Assembly: GCA_025058595.1 (NCBI GenBank)
Contig: JANXEK010000001.1
Location: 16,440-80,439, forward strand
Origin: Candidatus Bathyarchaeota archaeon
GTDB taxonomy: Archaea > Thermoproteota > CALKCG01 > B24 > DRYS01
Direction of reading: 5' to 3'
DNA length: 64,000 bases
Shown here: one piece after another, positions 40,122 to 50,388 of the stretch
Position numbering within the stretch: the stretch's first letter is position 1
Layout: each line of letters begins with the position of its first letter
Notes under the pieces: model-generated
What the model was told of the DNA's origin: nothing
What the model saw: the letters and a program-made list of their open reading frames with translations, nothing else
The model's database searches: none
Position numbers and translations under genes: made by a program

Positions 40122-41306
40122 ATGCCGGACCTATCTGTGGAGCTAGCTGGTGTAAAACTTAAGAACCCGCTTATGGTAGCCGCCGGGACGCCTACCATAA
40201 ATTCTAAAGCTATGATTAAATGTATAAAGTATGGAGCTGCCGCTGTTGTATCGAAAACTATAACCTATGCCAAGCTACATAGACTCCAGCCTAGACCTAG
40301 ATTCTATGTAGTACACCCTGAATCCGTGGATTCAGGTTTCTACTCACTCTATTCTGTGGAGCTTATGTCAGAGCTACCTCCAGAGGAAGCGGTAGAGGAT
40401 CTTAGTATAGCCGTGAAATATGCTAGAAGATATGATGCGATAGTCGTAGCTAGTATAGCTGGTAGGAGTATGGATGAGTGGGTTAAGCTTTCATCGACGG
40501 TAGAAGATGCAGGAGTCTCCATGATAGAGCTTAACCTGTCTTGCCCTCATGTAGAAGCTGAAGAAGGTTCTCTCATGGGTAAGATAGCTGGATCGGATCC
40601 CTATATCGTCGGAAAGATAGTCTCTACGGTTAAGAGTACAGTGGAAGTACCTATAGCCGTTAAGCTTACACCGCATGGCGCAGACCCTTTAGCTGTAGCT
40701 TTAGCAGCCGATAAAGCTGGTGCAGATATAGTTGTAGCTACAGCCCGTTTTCAAGGATTGGTAGTAGATATAGATTCTATGAGGCCTGTAGTTTGGGGTG
40801 GTTTAGGCGGATATGGGGGTCCATGGATGAGTCCGATAAGCTGTAGCTGGGTGTATAGGATAGTTAAATCTGGTGTTAGGGCATGTGTAGTAGGCTCCGG
40901 GGGTATTGCTGGATACGAGGATATACTTCGCTTCCTAATGCTTGGATGCAGGTCTGTTCAAATATGTACAGCAATCATAATGCATGGATTCCAATTTATA
41001 GCTCGTACGTTGAAAGCTCTTGATAACTGGCTTGCGGATAGAGGGTTTTCTAGCGTAAACGATGTGGTTGGTGTAGCTCTACCTAACATCGTTAGCTTCG
41101 AGGAACTTGATAGGGTATCTGTGTATAAATCAGGTATCGATCGTGGTAAATGTATTAGCTGTATGCGGTGTTCACGTTCATGCTTCTACGAAGCCATAAA
41201 GATCATGGATGGAGAGGTGACGGTAGATCAAGAGTTATGTACGGGATGCGGTTTATGTGCATCCATATGTCCATCCAAAGCGATAACGCTAAGACGTATA
41301 GGTTAA
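40122..41306 (+). CDS. dihydroorotate/dihydropyrimidine dehydrogenase-family flavoprotein with C-terminal 2x[4Fe-4S] ferredoxin domain
   Basis: DHOD-like TIM barrel (NLSCPH) followed by CISCMRCSRSC ... CTGCGLCASICP. Confidence 0.65.
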   Translation: MPDLSVELAGVKLKNPLMVAAGTPTINSKAMIKCIKYGAAAVVSKTITYAKLHRLQPRPRFYVVHPESVDSGFYSLYSVELMSELPPEEAVEDLSIAVKYARRYDAIVVASIAGRSMDEWVKLSSTVEDAGVSMIELNLSCPHVEAEEGSLMGKIAGSDPYIVGKIVSTVKSTVEVPIAVKLTPHGADPLAVALAADKAGADIVVATARFQGLVVDIDSMRPVVWGGLGGYGGPWMSPISCSWVYRIVKSGVRACVVGSGGIAGYEDILRFLMLGCRSVQICTAIIMHGFQFIARTLKALDNWLADRGFSSVNDVVGVALPNIVSFEELDRVSVYKSGIDRGKCISCMRCSRSCFYEAIKIMDGEVTVDQELCTGCGLCASICPSKAITLRRIG

Positions 41307-42095
41307 GTAGATGAGTATTGCTGAGAGATTATTTATACTATGAGCTATCACCGTAGCGTTTAGATTCATAGTTCTCTCATATATTAGGGTCAGTATAACC
41401 CCGGCTATGAACATATTCGGTATACTCCACGGATCCATATGCAGTATAGAGAAGAACATCGAGCATAACGGTACAGCCATCTTCACCCCCCAGGATTTTC
41501 GGAAAGCCTGATAGCTGAAGCCTCTAAAATACACTTCTTCGACGAATGGAGCCACTATAACCGAGAATATAGCCATAGATACCCGCATACCAGGTCTAGA
41601 TATAAGCCTATACACCTCCTCCTGTATAGGGCTAGCACCTATAATCGGTTGGAGCAGCATGCCTATCAGGATATTTACCATGACGATAATTAAACCTGAA
41701 ACTATACCTATCGCTACAGTCTTTCTATCAATTTTCTTTAACCCGATAGATTTGAGGCTACCGCCTCTTCTCTTTAGGTAGAAGAGTGTAAACGATAATA
41801 GGAGAACGTGGAATAGAGAGAAGAGAGGAAACGATGTGAGGAATGAACCGAATAAGTCGACGCCAAACAGTATAGTATAGGTAAGGGTGGCTATCGCTAT
41901 AATAGACAGTATGAATAGTAGGAAGGATAATAGGAGAACTTTGAATACATCGCTTATACTCCATGTTATATCTTCCCTATCCTTTCGCAGTGGTGCACCG
42001 CATATAGGGCAGAAGCTAGCTTCAAGTATGTCTACCGACGCCCCGCATCTACTACACGTAATACTCTTATCTTCGGTGGCTATACTAGCATGCAA
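41289..42095 (-). CDS. CPBP-family (CAAX/Abi) intramembrane metalloprotease with N-terminal zinc ribbon
   Basis: N-terminal CSRCG ... CPICG; TM helices; CPBP motifs EEVYFRGF, FSILH and HSINN. Confidence 0.7.
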   Translation of the reverse strand: MHASIATEDKSITCSRCGASVDILEASFCPICGAPLRKDREDITWSISDVFKVLLLSFLLFILSIIAIATLTYTILFGVDLFGSFLTSFPLFSLFHVLLLSFTLFYLKRRGGSLKSIGLKKIDRKTVAIGIVSGLIIVMVNILIGMLLQPIIGASPIQEEVYRLISRPGMRVSMAIFSVIVAPFVEEVYFRGFSYQAFRKSWGVKMAVPLCSMFFSILHMDPWSIPNMFIAGVILTLIYERTMNLNATVIAHSINNLSAILIYLTYTS

Positions 42096-44371
42096 GCTAT
42101 ACCTATATCGTACTTCGAGCTAGATAGAGTTTTACCCTCATACCGGATTTCCTCGAGAATCAGTATCCTTTTAATCGTCGTCTGCAACAGATTATCTATG
42201 TAATATAGGATGGTACTTTCCTCTTTTATATGTCCAACCTCCTTGCATATCCATTGAAAGCCTTCCGATACACTACTCGATGATATACCTTCAATGTATA
42301 TGGTATCGTTTATCTTGAATAGAATACTAGCCGAAGTGTACTCTGTACCAGCTACTTTGATATTCTCTATATCCTCGACTTTAAAGTAGCCTTTTACTAA
42401 ACCTGAATGTTCTATACCATATACAGATAAGCTATACTTCGAAGCCCAACTCCATTCTTTACCTATGACTAGTGGGTAAGGTGGTTTGGGTATTGGCTCT
42501 AGATATATACATGTAGCATTATCTGCAGTCCAGCCGGTAAGTCTTCCTTCTTTATCATAATGGTAACGTATGGTTGCATAGGGGTATATTACTAAGACTT
42601 CCCTTTCGCTAACTTTAACCCATAGAACCTTGTATTCCTCTCCATCTTCTATACATAGGTACTCTTTCTCGGTACCTACAGGTATTTTAGGCTCACCTAT
42701 CTCTTTAACCTTAGGAGTTTCAGGTTGAACTATAGGTTTCTCTATTCTTCGAGCTGGGGGAGTGTTATTAGCTATGATGAAGGCTAGATTCTCTATAAGT
42801 TTAAGGTTATCGGCGATGTAACAGTATGGCTCCTGTAGGAATGACAGATCTCCGAAAGCTATAATTGTTCCATTACCCTTTCTAAGGTATACCGCTATAG
42901 CGTATCTCCCAGGTTTCTCAGCCATGGACGAGTAAGTATCGTTCGATGTATAAGCTAGGATCTCACCTGAAGAGTAGATATGGGTAGCTGTGAAGAGCGC
43001 TATCTTCGTTACATTCATGACTAGAGGGTTACTGTCAGTCTCTCCGCTTATGTATGCGTAGATATTCCTGTAGAAACCGAAATTCTCGATCTGATTATAC
43101 AGGTATCCACCTGCAAAGTATACGTTAAACTTAGATGCTAAAGTATTCATCGGATATGCAAGATCGGGTATGACTACATACTCGGCTGATGGATCGAAGA
43201 ATAGTAGGAGTATACCACCCTTCTCGACATAATCCTTTATGACTTTAACCTCTCTATCGTTATAGCCTATAGTCGGTGTAGCAACTATCAGAGCTGATGC
43301 ATTATAGATTTTACCTTCTATATCTTTCCAACTTCTTATAAACGCTGTAGATACGCCTCTCTCTACAAGCTTCCCAGATAATACATCTAGATCGATCCAT
43401 GATGCTGTATTTCCATGACTGAGGTCCACTATAACCCTACCGCTGGAGTCCGTAACATTCGAACGAACAGTGCCATACTGCGAAGCCAAAGCTACGTATA
43501 GCTGGGGTGGTAGATATACATAGTAGAGAGCTGGCGGTGGACGAACCTCCGATAACATGGTGAAAGAGATATTCTTCCAAATATTGCTATACATACCTTG
43601 AAGGCTCAGAGGCTCGCCATACCGGATACCTGTATTAAGATCTATAACTTCATACTCTTTGACACCTGCTTTTTCCGAAGCTAATCTTATAGCATCTCTG
43701 ATGGAGCCAAAGCTATCAGCTAACCCTAACCTGACGGCTTCACGACCAATGTATATTAGCCCTCTACTAAGTTCATCACGCTTCAACTTTAGCTTCCCAT
43801 TTCTCCCAGATTCTACCGCGTCTAGGAAATTATTCAACGCCTCGGTAATATTGTAAGGGAATAGTAGTCTAGAGAAACCTACAGCCTTATATGGTCCAGT
43901 TTCTATGATTACCTCCGAAGGTACTAGTATCGATGGCCCTACACCTATAACTCCGATATTGCCTACATATGATGTAGGGTATACGTATATGTAGTCCGCG
44001 GCTGCCGCTATATAGTATCCTCCAGATAAGGCAAGCTGAGCCACGCAAATCACAGGCTTAATCTCCTTCAAACTCAATATGTTTAGGTATATGGATTCGA
44101 TTAAATCGGCATATCCACCGGGAGAGTTGATATATACAACCACTGCTTTCACGCTAGAGTTGATAGCCGCATATTCTATGAGTCTTAGATACCTATAAGC
44201 ATCCTCATCGTAGAGTATCGCTCCCTCTATTCGTATCAAACCTATGATGCATCTTTCATGTATCCCGATAGGTATGTAGGTAAAGTATATCGCTATTAAA
44301 AGCGAGGCTACGATAACTAGAGCGAGTACAAACGCTAAAACCCTCTTATAACCTACACCTCTTCCCTCCAT
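42080..44371 (-). CDS. membrane-anchored SppA (S49) signal-peptide-peptidase domain fused to a ~460 aa C-terminal DUF4350/GldG-like plus beta-rich region
   Basis: N-terminal TM; S49/ClpP-fold region (INSPGGY ... GGYYIAAAADYIYVYPTSYVGNIGVIG); then VIVDLSHGNT ... ALIVATPTIGYND ... GGILLLFFDP. It overlaps the CPBP gene start by 16 nt. Confidence 0.6.
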   Translation of the reverse strand: MEGRGVGYKRVLAFVLALVIVASLLIAIYFTYIPIGIHERCIIGLIRIEGAILYDEDAYRYLRLIEYAAINSSVKAVVVYINSPGGYADLIESIYLNILSLKEIKPVICVAQLALSGGYYIAAAADYIYVYPTSYVGNIGVIGVGPSILVPSEVIIETGPYKAVGFSRLLFPYNITEALNNFLDAVESGRNGKLKLKRDELSRGLIYIGREAVRLGLADSFGSIRDAIRLASEKAGVKEYEVIDLNTGIRYGEPLSLQGMYSNIWKNISFTMLSEVRPPPALYYVYLPPQLYVALASQYGTVRSNVTDSSGRVIVDLSHGNTASWIDLDVLSGKLVERGVSTAFIRSWKDIEGKIYNASALIVATPTIGYNDREVKVIKDYVEKGGILLLFFDPSAEYVVIPDLAYPMNTLASKFNVYFAGGYLYNQIENFGFYRNIYAYISGETDSNPLVMNVTKIALFTATHIYSSGEILAYTSNDTYSSMAEKPGRYAIAVYLRKGNGTIIAFGDLSFLQEPYCYIADNLKLIENLAFIIANNTPPARRIEKPIVQPETPKVKEIGEPKIPVGTEKEYLCIEDGEEYKVLWVKVSEREVLVIYPYATIRYHYDKEGRLTGWTADNATCIYLEPIPKPPYPLVIGKEWSWASKYSLSVYGIEHSGLVKGYFKVEDIENIKVAGTEYTSASILFKINDTIYIEGISSSSVSEGFQWICKEVGHIKEESTILYYIDNLLQTTIKRILILEEIRYEGKTLSSSKYDIGIACMLV

Positions 44372-44511
44372 TATGAAAAGCCTCCTCGAGGGATAACCGT
44401 TACCATGTTTAATAAACTTTCCTGTAGAAGAGCTAAATGGAGGAGCTGTTTAAAACTCTCGAGTAATGTTTACGAGGAAATTTTGAACCGTCTAGAATAG
44501 ATGCTCGGTAG

Positions 44512-44585
44512 AGCCTCGGGCGGGATTTGAACCCGCGACCCGCAGCTTACGAGGCTGCCGCTCTACCTAGCTGAGCTACCGAGGC
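44512..44585 (-). tRNA. tRNA-Thr (anticodon CGT)
   Basis: Reverse complement folds as a cloverleaf identical to the tRNA at 352-425 except for one anticodon-loop base (loop ctcgtaa). Confidence 0.85.
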
Positions 44586-44623
44586 TCTCTATAGGAGAAT
44601 GTAGAGGGTATACCTTTAAAAGT

Positions 44624-44884
44624 TTAGTATGGATGAAGATCCACTAGGTCTACAGCAGCTTTCGCGGCTCTTATCAGCCGTATATAACTATTTACCACAG
44701 CTCTTAGAGCAGTCGTATCTGATGCTCGTATCTCTATCATAATTACGCTATCCAAACGTATCTTACTTTCAATCCTCCTAGACGGTAAGCTTCTAGCTTC
44801 CGGTCTTAGAGAGAGGTATACTATGCTATTTATCTCGGTTTTTCCTAGATTCATCTTTATATCGGCGTTAGCTTTCCCATCCAT
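44624..44884 (-). CDS. pcc1: KEOPS subunit Pcc1
   Basis: RASDTTALRAVVNSYIRLIRAAKAAVDL matches the conserved Pcc1 core (ATDSSALRGTVNSYLRWIKAA). Confidence 0.65.
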   Translation of the reverse strand: MDGKANADIKMNLGKTEINSIVYLSLRPEARSLPSRRIESKIRLDSVIMIEIRASDTTALRAVVNSYIRLIRAAKAAVDLVDLHPY

Positions 44885-44902
44885 AGCATACTACAGTTTT
44901 TA

Positions 44903-45127
44903 TCATTTAATCTTGGTGGTAGGCTGGTATGCTCCTCCTGCTACGGTTAAGCCACATTTCCTACAACGCCATATACCGATCGAAACTCTCTCTAAACCTC
45001 TGAACATGCATCTAGGGCATCTATGCTTGCTATGGGCTTGAAGCCATATGGCAGTATACCTCGCTCTAACCGTAGCCCCATACCTGGCTTTAAGCCATCC
45101 TAGAGTCTTCTGCTTCTTACCTGGCAT
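44903..45127 (-). CDS. rpl37ae: ribosomal protein L37ae (eL43)
   Basis: C4 zinc ribbon (CPRC ... CRKC) and the conserved position after rrp42. Confidence 0.8.
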   Translation of the reverse strand: MPGKKQKTLGWLKARYGATVRARYTAIWLQAHSKHRCPRCMFRGLERVSIGIWRCRKCGLTVAGGAYQPTTKIK

Positions 45128-45929
45128 CTGGGAACACCTTACGTAGATCTTCCCTTAGACGGGATACAGCTTCCCTAGATATGTTTATCGCTTGGTAGAG
45201 TTCCCCATACCTAAGCGTACCTATACTATGCTGCATCATACATATCCTATCCTCCTCGTCGAACCCTATAGTTATCCTAGCTTCAGCCGTCTCTTCCTCC
45301 TCTAACGTAGGGTCTACTATAAGTGTATCACTTATCCTGCATATTGTAGCTGTCAACGGATAGTGCCTTATAGGTAGAGGTTCTCTTTCGTCAATCAGCT
45401 TAGCTTTACCCTCTGATACTATCGCTTCCCTCATAGTCGCGTCTAGGAGAGCTGCAATGCTTGCAAGTACGCATGCATCGATCATATTTCCATCATGATC
45501 GACGAGGTAAGCGTCCACGAATATCAGGTAAACCTCCCTACCAGGCATTATAACTAGCTCCTCCAGATCTAACATCTTACCTTCACGTATAGTTCTATCC
45601 ACTATACGCGCTACTTCCACGGCTCTCTCATCCGGCGGTCCAGGTTCGAAGGTAGGTGAAGCTAGAGGCATTAACTCTACGTTAACTGCTAGTACACCTG
45701 CATTAGGCATATCTGGGTATGGTTGACCTAAATCTATCTTAACACCCGCTATAGCTTTAGTATGCCCTATATGGACTAAAGCCGATCCATCAGCTTGAGG
45801 TATAACGCTCCTCTCGATAGTTACCGGTCTAAATTCAGTTAACCCCCTTTTATCGATCCTCCTACGTTGACTAGCAAGCTCCCTAACTCTTCTCTTCGTA
45901 AGCTCAGGAACTATAAGCCTACTGCTCAT
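45117..45929 (-). CDS. rrp42: exosome subunit Rrp42 (RNase PH-like)
   Basis: RNase PH fold pattern and the superoperon position. Confidence 0.8.
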   Translation of the reverse strand: MSSRLIVPELTKRRVRELASQRRRIDKRGLTEFRPVTIERSVIPQADGSALVHIGHTKAIAGVKIDLGQPYPDMPNAGVLAVNVELMPLASPTFEPGPPDERAVEVARIVDRTIREGKMLDLEELVIMPGREVYLIFVDAYLVDHDGNMIDACVLASIAALLDATMREAIVSEGKAKLIDEREPLPIRHYPLTATICRISDTLIVDPTLEEEETAEARITIGFDEEDRICMMQHSIGTLRYGELYQAINISREAVSRLREDLRKVFPDAR

Positions 45930-46632
45930 ATACCTCCTCCTTTATCTTCTCGTAATAGTTTCTGAGTGTAGCTTTCTGTAGCTCACCTATAAGTTTACAA
46001 GCTTTGACAGCTAGATTGAATGCTTCTAGGAATTCATCTGAAGTTAACCTACCGTTAAGCTGTATAAGCGTTACCTTCTCTAGGTTGGGCATTAAAGCTA
46101 CGGGCATATCTGCTTCGCATTCCTCGTCTTCTTCTCCTGTTAGATCTACTATTATCTTACCATTCCATTTACCTACAGCGCAAGCTGTTACCAGATCTAC
46201 CATAGGTATACCTGCATCTGCTAGAGCGAGAGAAGCTGCGGTTATACCTGCACATCTCGTCCCACCGTCAGCTTGCAATACCTCTACGAAGATATCTATG
46301 GTAGTCCTAGGATATAGATTAAGCATTATAGCGTTTGCCAACGCCTCCTTTATAATCTTAGATAACTCTACCTCCCTTCTCGTAGGCATAGGGCTTTTCC
46401 GCTCTCTAGTAGAGAATGGAGCCATGTGATACCTACACCTAACTATAGCTGTCTCTGGAAGACCTAAATGTCTAGGATGAACCTCCCTGGGTCCATATAC
46501 AGCTACGAGAACCTTGGTATTCCCCTGCTCTATGTAAGCCGATCCATCGGCTTTATCGAGTATACCGATCTTCATCGTGATAGGTCTCAGCTCATCGATT
46601 TTTCTCCCATCTCTCCTAACGATCTCAGACAT
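45919..46632 (-). CDS. rrp41: exosome catalytic subunit Rrp41 (RNase PH)
   Basis: RNase PH motifs ([10 protein letters not shown] ... QADGGTR). Confidence 0.85.
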   Translation of the reverse strand: MSEIVRRDGRKIDELRPITMKIGILDKADGSAYIEQGNTKVLVAVYGPREVHPRHLGLPETAIVRCRYHMAPFSTRERKSPMPTRREVELSKIIKEALANAIMLNLYPRTTIDIFVEVLQADGGTRCAGITAASLALADAGIPMVDLVTACAVGKWNGKIIVDLTGEEDEECEADMPVALMPNLEKVTLIQLNGRLTSDEFLEAFNLAVKACKLIGELQKATLRNYYEKIKEEVYEQ

Positions 46633-46635
46633 ACT

Positions 46636-47328
46636 CTACTCCCTCTTCATAGCGGATCTAAGGATCTCAGCTACCCTATCGGTTAACCCGGGCACGTGTG
46701 CTTCCCTATCCACCTTCCTTATAAGCTCGGCTACCAGCTCCTCCGACTCTCCGTTAGGACCTTCTATAAGTATTACACCATTCTTACCTATCGTTATATT
46801 ACATCCACTCTCCTTCTTGAGTAGATTTATCATGGAGCCCCTCTTCCCTATCAATCTAGGTATCTTGGTAGGCGTTATATATTCGAGTCTACCTCTACCG
46901 ATTTTACCAAGCCCTTTCCCTCCTATGGTTAATATAGCATCCGTAGTTCTATCGAAACTAGCGACACGAGCTATTATAGCGTCGCCCACCTTCAGATAAT
47001 CCTGAAGATTAACCTTATCGGCTGAAAACCTCTTACCGAACACATCTATAGCTGGAAGTATACCTTGATATGGGGAGTTTATATCTACAAGCCACCGTGT
47101 AATACTTACCTCTCTAACTACGCCTATCACTACATCTCCACGCTTAGGTACGTAGACGCCTTTAAGAGCCGTCACGGAAACTTTACCGTCTACTATGCTC
47201 GCAAGCCCCACTACATACGAGTATATCCTGCCATCATCTCGATAAACGTTAACTCCAACCTCGTATCCTTCACCTTCAGCTATCAAATCTCCTGGTAAAA
47301 CTATTTTTCTCTCCTCGGCTGCAGCCAT
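46636..47328 (-). CDS. rrp4: exosome RNA-binding subunit Rrp4 (S1 + KH)
   Basis: N-terminal domain, S1 domain, and KH domain (GKRGSMINLL). Confidence 0.8.
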   Translation of the reverse strand: MAAAEERKIVLPGDLIAEGEGYEVGVNVYRDDGRIYSYVVGLASIVDGKVSVTALKGVYVPKRGDVVIGVVREVSITRWLVDINSPYQGILPAIDVFGKRFSADKVNLQDYLKVGDAIIARVASFDRTTDAILTIGGKGLGKIGRGRLEYITPTKIPRLIGKRGSMINLLKKESGCNITIGKNGVILIEGPNGESEELVAELIRKVDREAHVPGLTDRVAEILRSAMKRE

Positions 47329-47338
47329 AAGCGCACCC

Positions 47339-48028
47339 TCATTTCAATATTTTAACCTGAACCCCTCCTTCTGTAGCTTTACCCAACCTATCTATGAATT
47401 CTCCATGGAAACCTGCGGGTATAGTTACGATACCCACCCATGATCCATCCTTCTGCCATTCTTCCTTCTCTATGCTACCCATATTAGAGACTAAGCTATA
47501 CGCTTTACCGATATATCTAGATGGAATTTTAACAGCGATACGCATAGTCTCTATCTTTAAAGGTACTATACTCTTGATAGCTTCTAGTACGCGTTTAGCT
47601 TGGACCTCAGCATCTTCGAACGGATCTATAGAAACCCCTACCTCCTCCATTGCTTGTTCAACCCTGAGTGCTGGCACCGGTAGACCGGTACGCGTATCGA
47701 TACAATTTCTAGTTATGAAAGCTACTATCTGCTTACGTTTCTCTTCGATAAGCTTCCTCCTAAGCTCAGCCGGTATCTGAAGATCTCCATGCTTAACTAT
47801 GAAATCCGCTATCCTATATGGATCATCGGTTCCGAACGCTTTTCTGAGTTTATCTGTAGAAGCTCTTAACCCTTGTCTAAAATCTATGAATACATCGGTG
47901 GAAGCTAGAACCTTCGTTATATCCTTCTCAAGCCCGAGCCTATACTTCAAGGCAGCTTCGCTATATACCAGTATTTCGTATCTTTCTCCGCCTTTTCTTA
48001 TGCGGACCAACGTACTCCCACCCTTCAT
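47339..48028 (-). CDS. sdo1: ribosome maturation protein Sdo1/SBDS
   Basis: FYSH N-terminal domain pattern and the superoperon position. Confidence 0.75.
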   Translation of the reverse strand: MKGGSTLVRIRKGGERYEILVYSEAALKYRLGLEKDITKVLASTDVFIDFRQGLRASTDKLRKAFGTDDPYRIADFIVKHGDLQIPAELRRKLIEEKRKQIVAFITRNCIDTRTGLPVPALRVEQAMEEVGVSIDPFEDAEVQAKRVLEAIKSIVPLKIETMRIAVKIPSRYIGKAYSLVSNMGSIEKEEWQKDGSWVGIVTIPAGFHGEFIDRLGKATEGGVQVKILK

Positions 48029-48130
48029 AAAACCTTATCCCTCTTACGGTAAGATAGACTATGCTAACATTTAAACAATTTCCTCTGAATATGCTAAGGA
48101 AGCTATCATCCGAGTAAAGAAGTATAGGTT

Positions 48131-48847
48131 CTAACCAAGTTTAGCCGCATACAAATCGACTTCCTCATCGGTAAACCTCCTAAACTGTCTAGTGGATGTA
48201 GGTATGACGGCTATCTTCACATTCCGTCCACCAACCTTCCCCTCTAAAGCTTTAGAGAAGCTTTTCAAGCATAATATTATCGCTTCATCTAACGTCAAAT
48301 CATCCCTATATTCCGCCTCTAGTATCTCTGATGCTGGTTCACTATTCGCGCCTATAGACGTAGCTTTATAACCCCAATAATCTCCTCCTGGCAGCGTTAC
48401 GAATAATCTTGGCCCCTCTCTATCTACACCTCCAAAAGCCATAGCGACGCCGAACGGCCTAGCACCGGAATACTGTGTATAAGCCTGCTTTATATCAGCG
48501 ATTCTTCTAGCTAGAACCTCTACATCTATAGGCTCACCGTAGGTTAGCCTATGTGTTTGAGCGTATATCCTAGCTTGATCTACAAGGATACGCGCGTCAG
48601 CGCCAAGCCCTACTATAGCTACGCCTATATGATCATCTATCTGATAGATCTTCCATGAAAACCTCGGATCCTGCAACCTAGATGTAGTCCTCTCTTCAGC
48701 TCCTAGAACTACACCATCCTTAGATACTACACCTACTATCGTAGCACCTCTTCTAACCGCTTCTACAGCATACTCTACTTGGAGAAGTCTGCCTTCAGGT
48801 GAGAATATCGTTATAACCCTATCATACGCCCCAGGTGGTGTAAACAT
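48131..48847 (-). CDS. psmA: proteasome alpha subunit
   Basis: YDRVITIFSPEGRLLQVEYA N-terminal signature. Confidence 0.9.
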   Translation of the reverse strand: MFTPPGAYDRVITIFSPEGRLLQVEYAVEAVRRGATIVGVVSKDGVVLGAEERTTSRLQDPRFSWKIYQIDDHIGVAIVGLGADARILVDQARIYAQTHRLTYGEPIDVEVLARRIADIKQAYTQYSGARPFGVAMAFGGVDREGPRLFVTLPGGDYWGYKATSIGANSEPASEILEAEYRDDLTLDEAIILCLKSFSKALEGKVGGRNVKIAVIPTSTRQFRRFTDEEVDLYAAKLG

Positions 48848-48865
48848 ACTACGCTACCTCCAAGG

Positions 48866-49186
48866 TTAATTGGGATATTTTCTCGAAAGATAAACGTTAT
48901 GCCCCTCCATCTTCGCCCTAAGCCTCCTAAGAGTACCTGATACGATCGAAACCTGTAACAGAACCTCGGCACCATCTATCCTACTTATATATGCTACAGC
49001 CGACCTTACTTGCTGGAGCATCCTATGGTCGCATGAAACTATAACGTAGCTATCACCATACTCTATAGGATGTATATCTGCTAGACTTAAACCATGCTCA
49101 CCGTAGAGCTCGGCTAAGCTATCCCTTAAGACCGGGAGCATTCTTTTACCATCTATAAACGTATTACTTTTGACGATCTCTATCAA
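48866..49186 (-). CDS. pop5: RNase P protein subunit Pop5
   Basis: RRM-like fold with SGTLRRL, and its position between rpp30 and psmA. Confidence 0.6.
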   Translation of the reverse strand: MIEIVKSNTFIDGKRMLPVLRDSLAELYGEHGLSLADIHPIEYGDSYVIVSCDHRMLQQVRSAVAYISRIDGAEVLLQVSIVSGTLRRLRAKMEGHNVYLSRKYPN

Positions 49187-49222
49187 TATATATCTTCTCC
49201 TAATAGTTTTTAGAGGGATGAA

Positions 49223-49927
49223 CTACCACCTTCCGACCGTTCTAACACCTTCGCTGATATATCCTCGACCTTTTCCTATAACCCTAGATAGAAGGAGCAA
49301 AGGATTATGTATCGTGGCGGTTAAAGCTTCACCCCAAGTTATACCAGCTGGAAGCACCATACTGGCTAGATCTAAAGGCGCTCTGAGTTTATAAGCATCG
49401 GTCGCTCCGCTTGCTATTATAAGTTTAACCTTTTTCCTAGATGCGTACCTGAAAATCCTAGCGATAGCTCTGAAGATAGCTACTCTTTCATCTCTCTCAA
49501 ACGATAATAGATCGTATACATCTAATTCAAGATAAGCCTCGCTAGCTCCTATAAGGGAGAAATCGGTTATCCTCGGCGTCTGTGGCAAACCTTTGAAGCA
49601 TAATAGGTTAAAGCCGAATTTCAAAGCTCTCCTTATATCACTACTATCTCGGCAGATAGCAGATACGAGGTCACACCTCTCAGACAGCTTCATCCTATAT
49701 TCACGTAGACCATCTAGCTTCGCATCCGCATCGATTCTCTTCAAAACCTTTAATCCGCTATACTCTTCTATCGATCGGCGGGGGATCTCACCGGCGGCTA
49801 AACCTACCGTACTATAACCTAGCTTCAAGGCAGTCTCGAGTATATCATGTATAGTTTTCTCATCGCTAGGCTTAACATGGAGATCAACGTACCTCTTCAA
49901 ATAGTATCCCTCCGATATATCTGACAC
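49223..49927 (-). CDS. rpp30: RNase P protein subunit Rpp30 (TIM-barrel PHP-like)
   Basis: Length, composition and superoperon position. Confidence 0.65.
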   Translation of the reverse strand: MSDISEGYYLKRYVDLHVKPSDEKTIHDILETALKLGYSTVGLAAGEIPRRSIEEYSGLKVLKRIDADAKLDGLREYRMKLSERCDLVSAICRDSSDIRRALKFGFNLLCFKGLPQTPRITDFSLIGASEAYLELDVYDLLSFERDERVAIFRAIARIFRYASRKKVKLIIASGATDAYKLRAPLDLASMVLPAGITWGEALTATIHNPLLLLSRVIGKGRGYISEGVRTVGRW

Positions 49928-50363
49928 GATCCAACTCTCTTCCCGAAGGTATTGCGAACTTTAACCTTACACATATAGGATCATCACTCCTCAAAACAAT
50001 CCTTCCTAGATACGCCTCCTGCTTATCGAACCTGAAGTATACTGTACCTACATCATTTATGAATCTCTCCAAGCTTCTGCGTACATACTCTCTATCATAA
50101 CTTTCCATCTTACCGAGGATATATTTCGATAAAACTTCTGGATCCTCTACTTTAACTTCTGCTTTCATGATAATTATCGGATTGCCATAATGACCTCTTG
50201 CCTTCACCTTATTAAAGCTTATCTTCTCATACAGATCTTTAGGCAATATGTTACTGACAGCTTTCATAACCTTAGATTCATCCTCAGTCGCATGCACGTA
50301 TACCTCTAGTTCTAGCGATCCATGAAGCCCCATAGCTAAACACTGTAAAACTGTTATATTCAA
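49884..50363 (-). CDS. DUF54/COG1325 predicted exosome-associated RNA-binding protein
   Basis: A conserved superoperon member preceding rpp30, overlapping the rpp30 start by 44 nt. Confidence 0.5.
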   Translation of the reverse strand: MNITVLQCLAMGLHGSLELEVYVHATEDESKVMKAVSNILPKDLYEKISFNKVKARGHYGNPIIIMKAEVKVEDPEVLSKYILGKMESYDREYVRRSLERFINDVGTVYFRFDKQEAYLGRIVLRSDDPICVRLKFAIPSGRELDRVRYIGGILFEEVR

Positions 50364-50388
50364 GAAGATATTAATAAGTGATGAGGGG

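Noticed and set aside
352-44585. Integrated mobile element or provirus bounded by the two tRNA-Thr genes
   Set aside because: The tRNA copies are full length and inverted rather than forming a direct partial repeat. No integrase, recombinase, transposase or viral/plasmid hallmark gene is present. The content between them is metabolic.
44885-44902. rpoP (RNA polymerase subunit P) expected after rpl37ae
   Set aside because: Only 18 nt separate rpl37ae from pcc1, and no small zinc-ribbon ORF is present there, so rpoP is not at this position.
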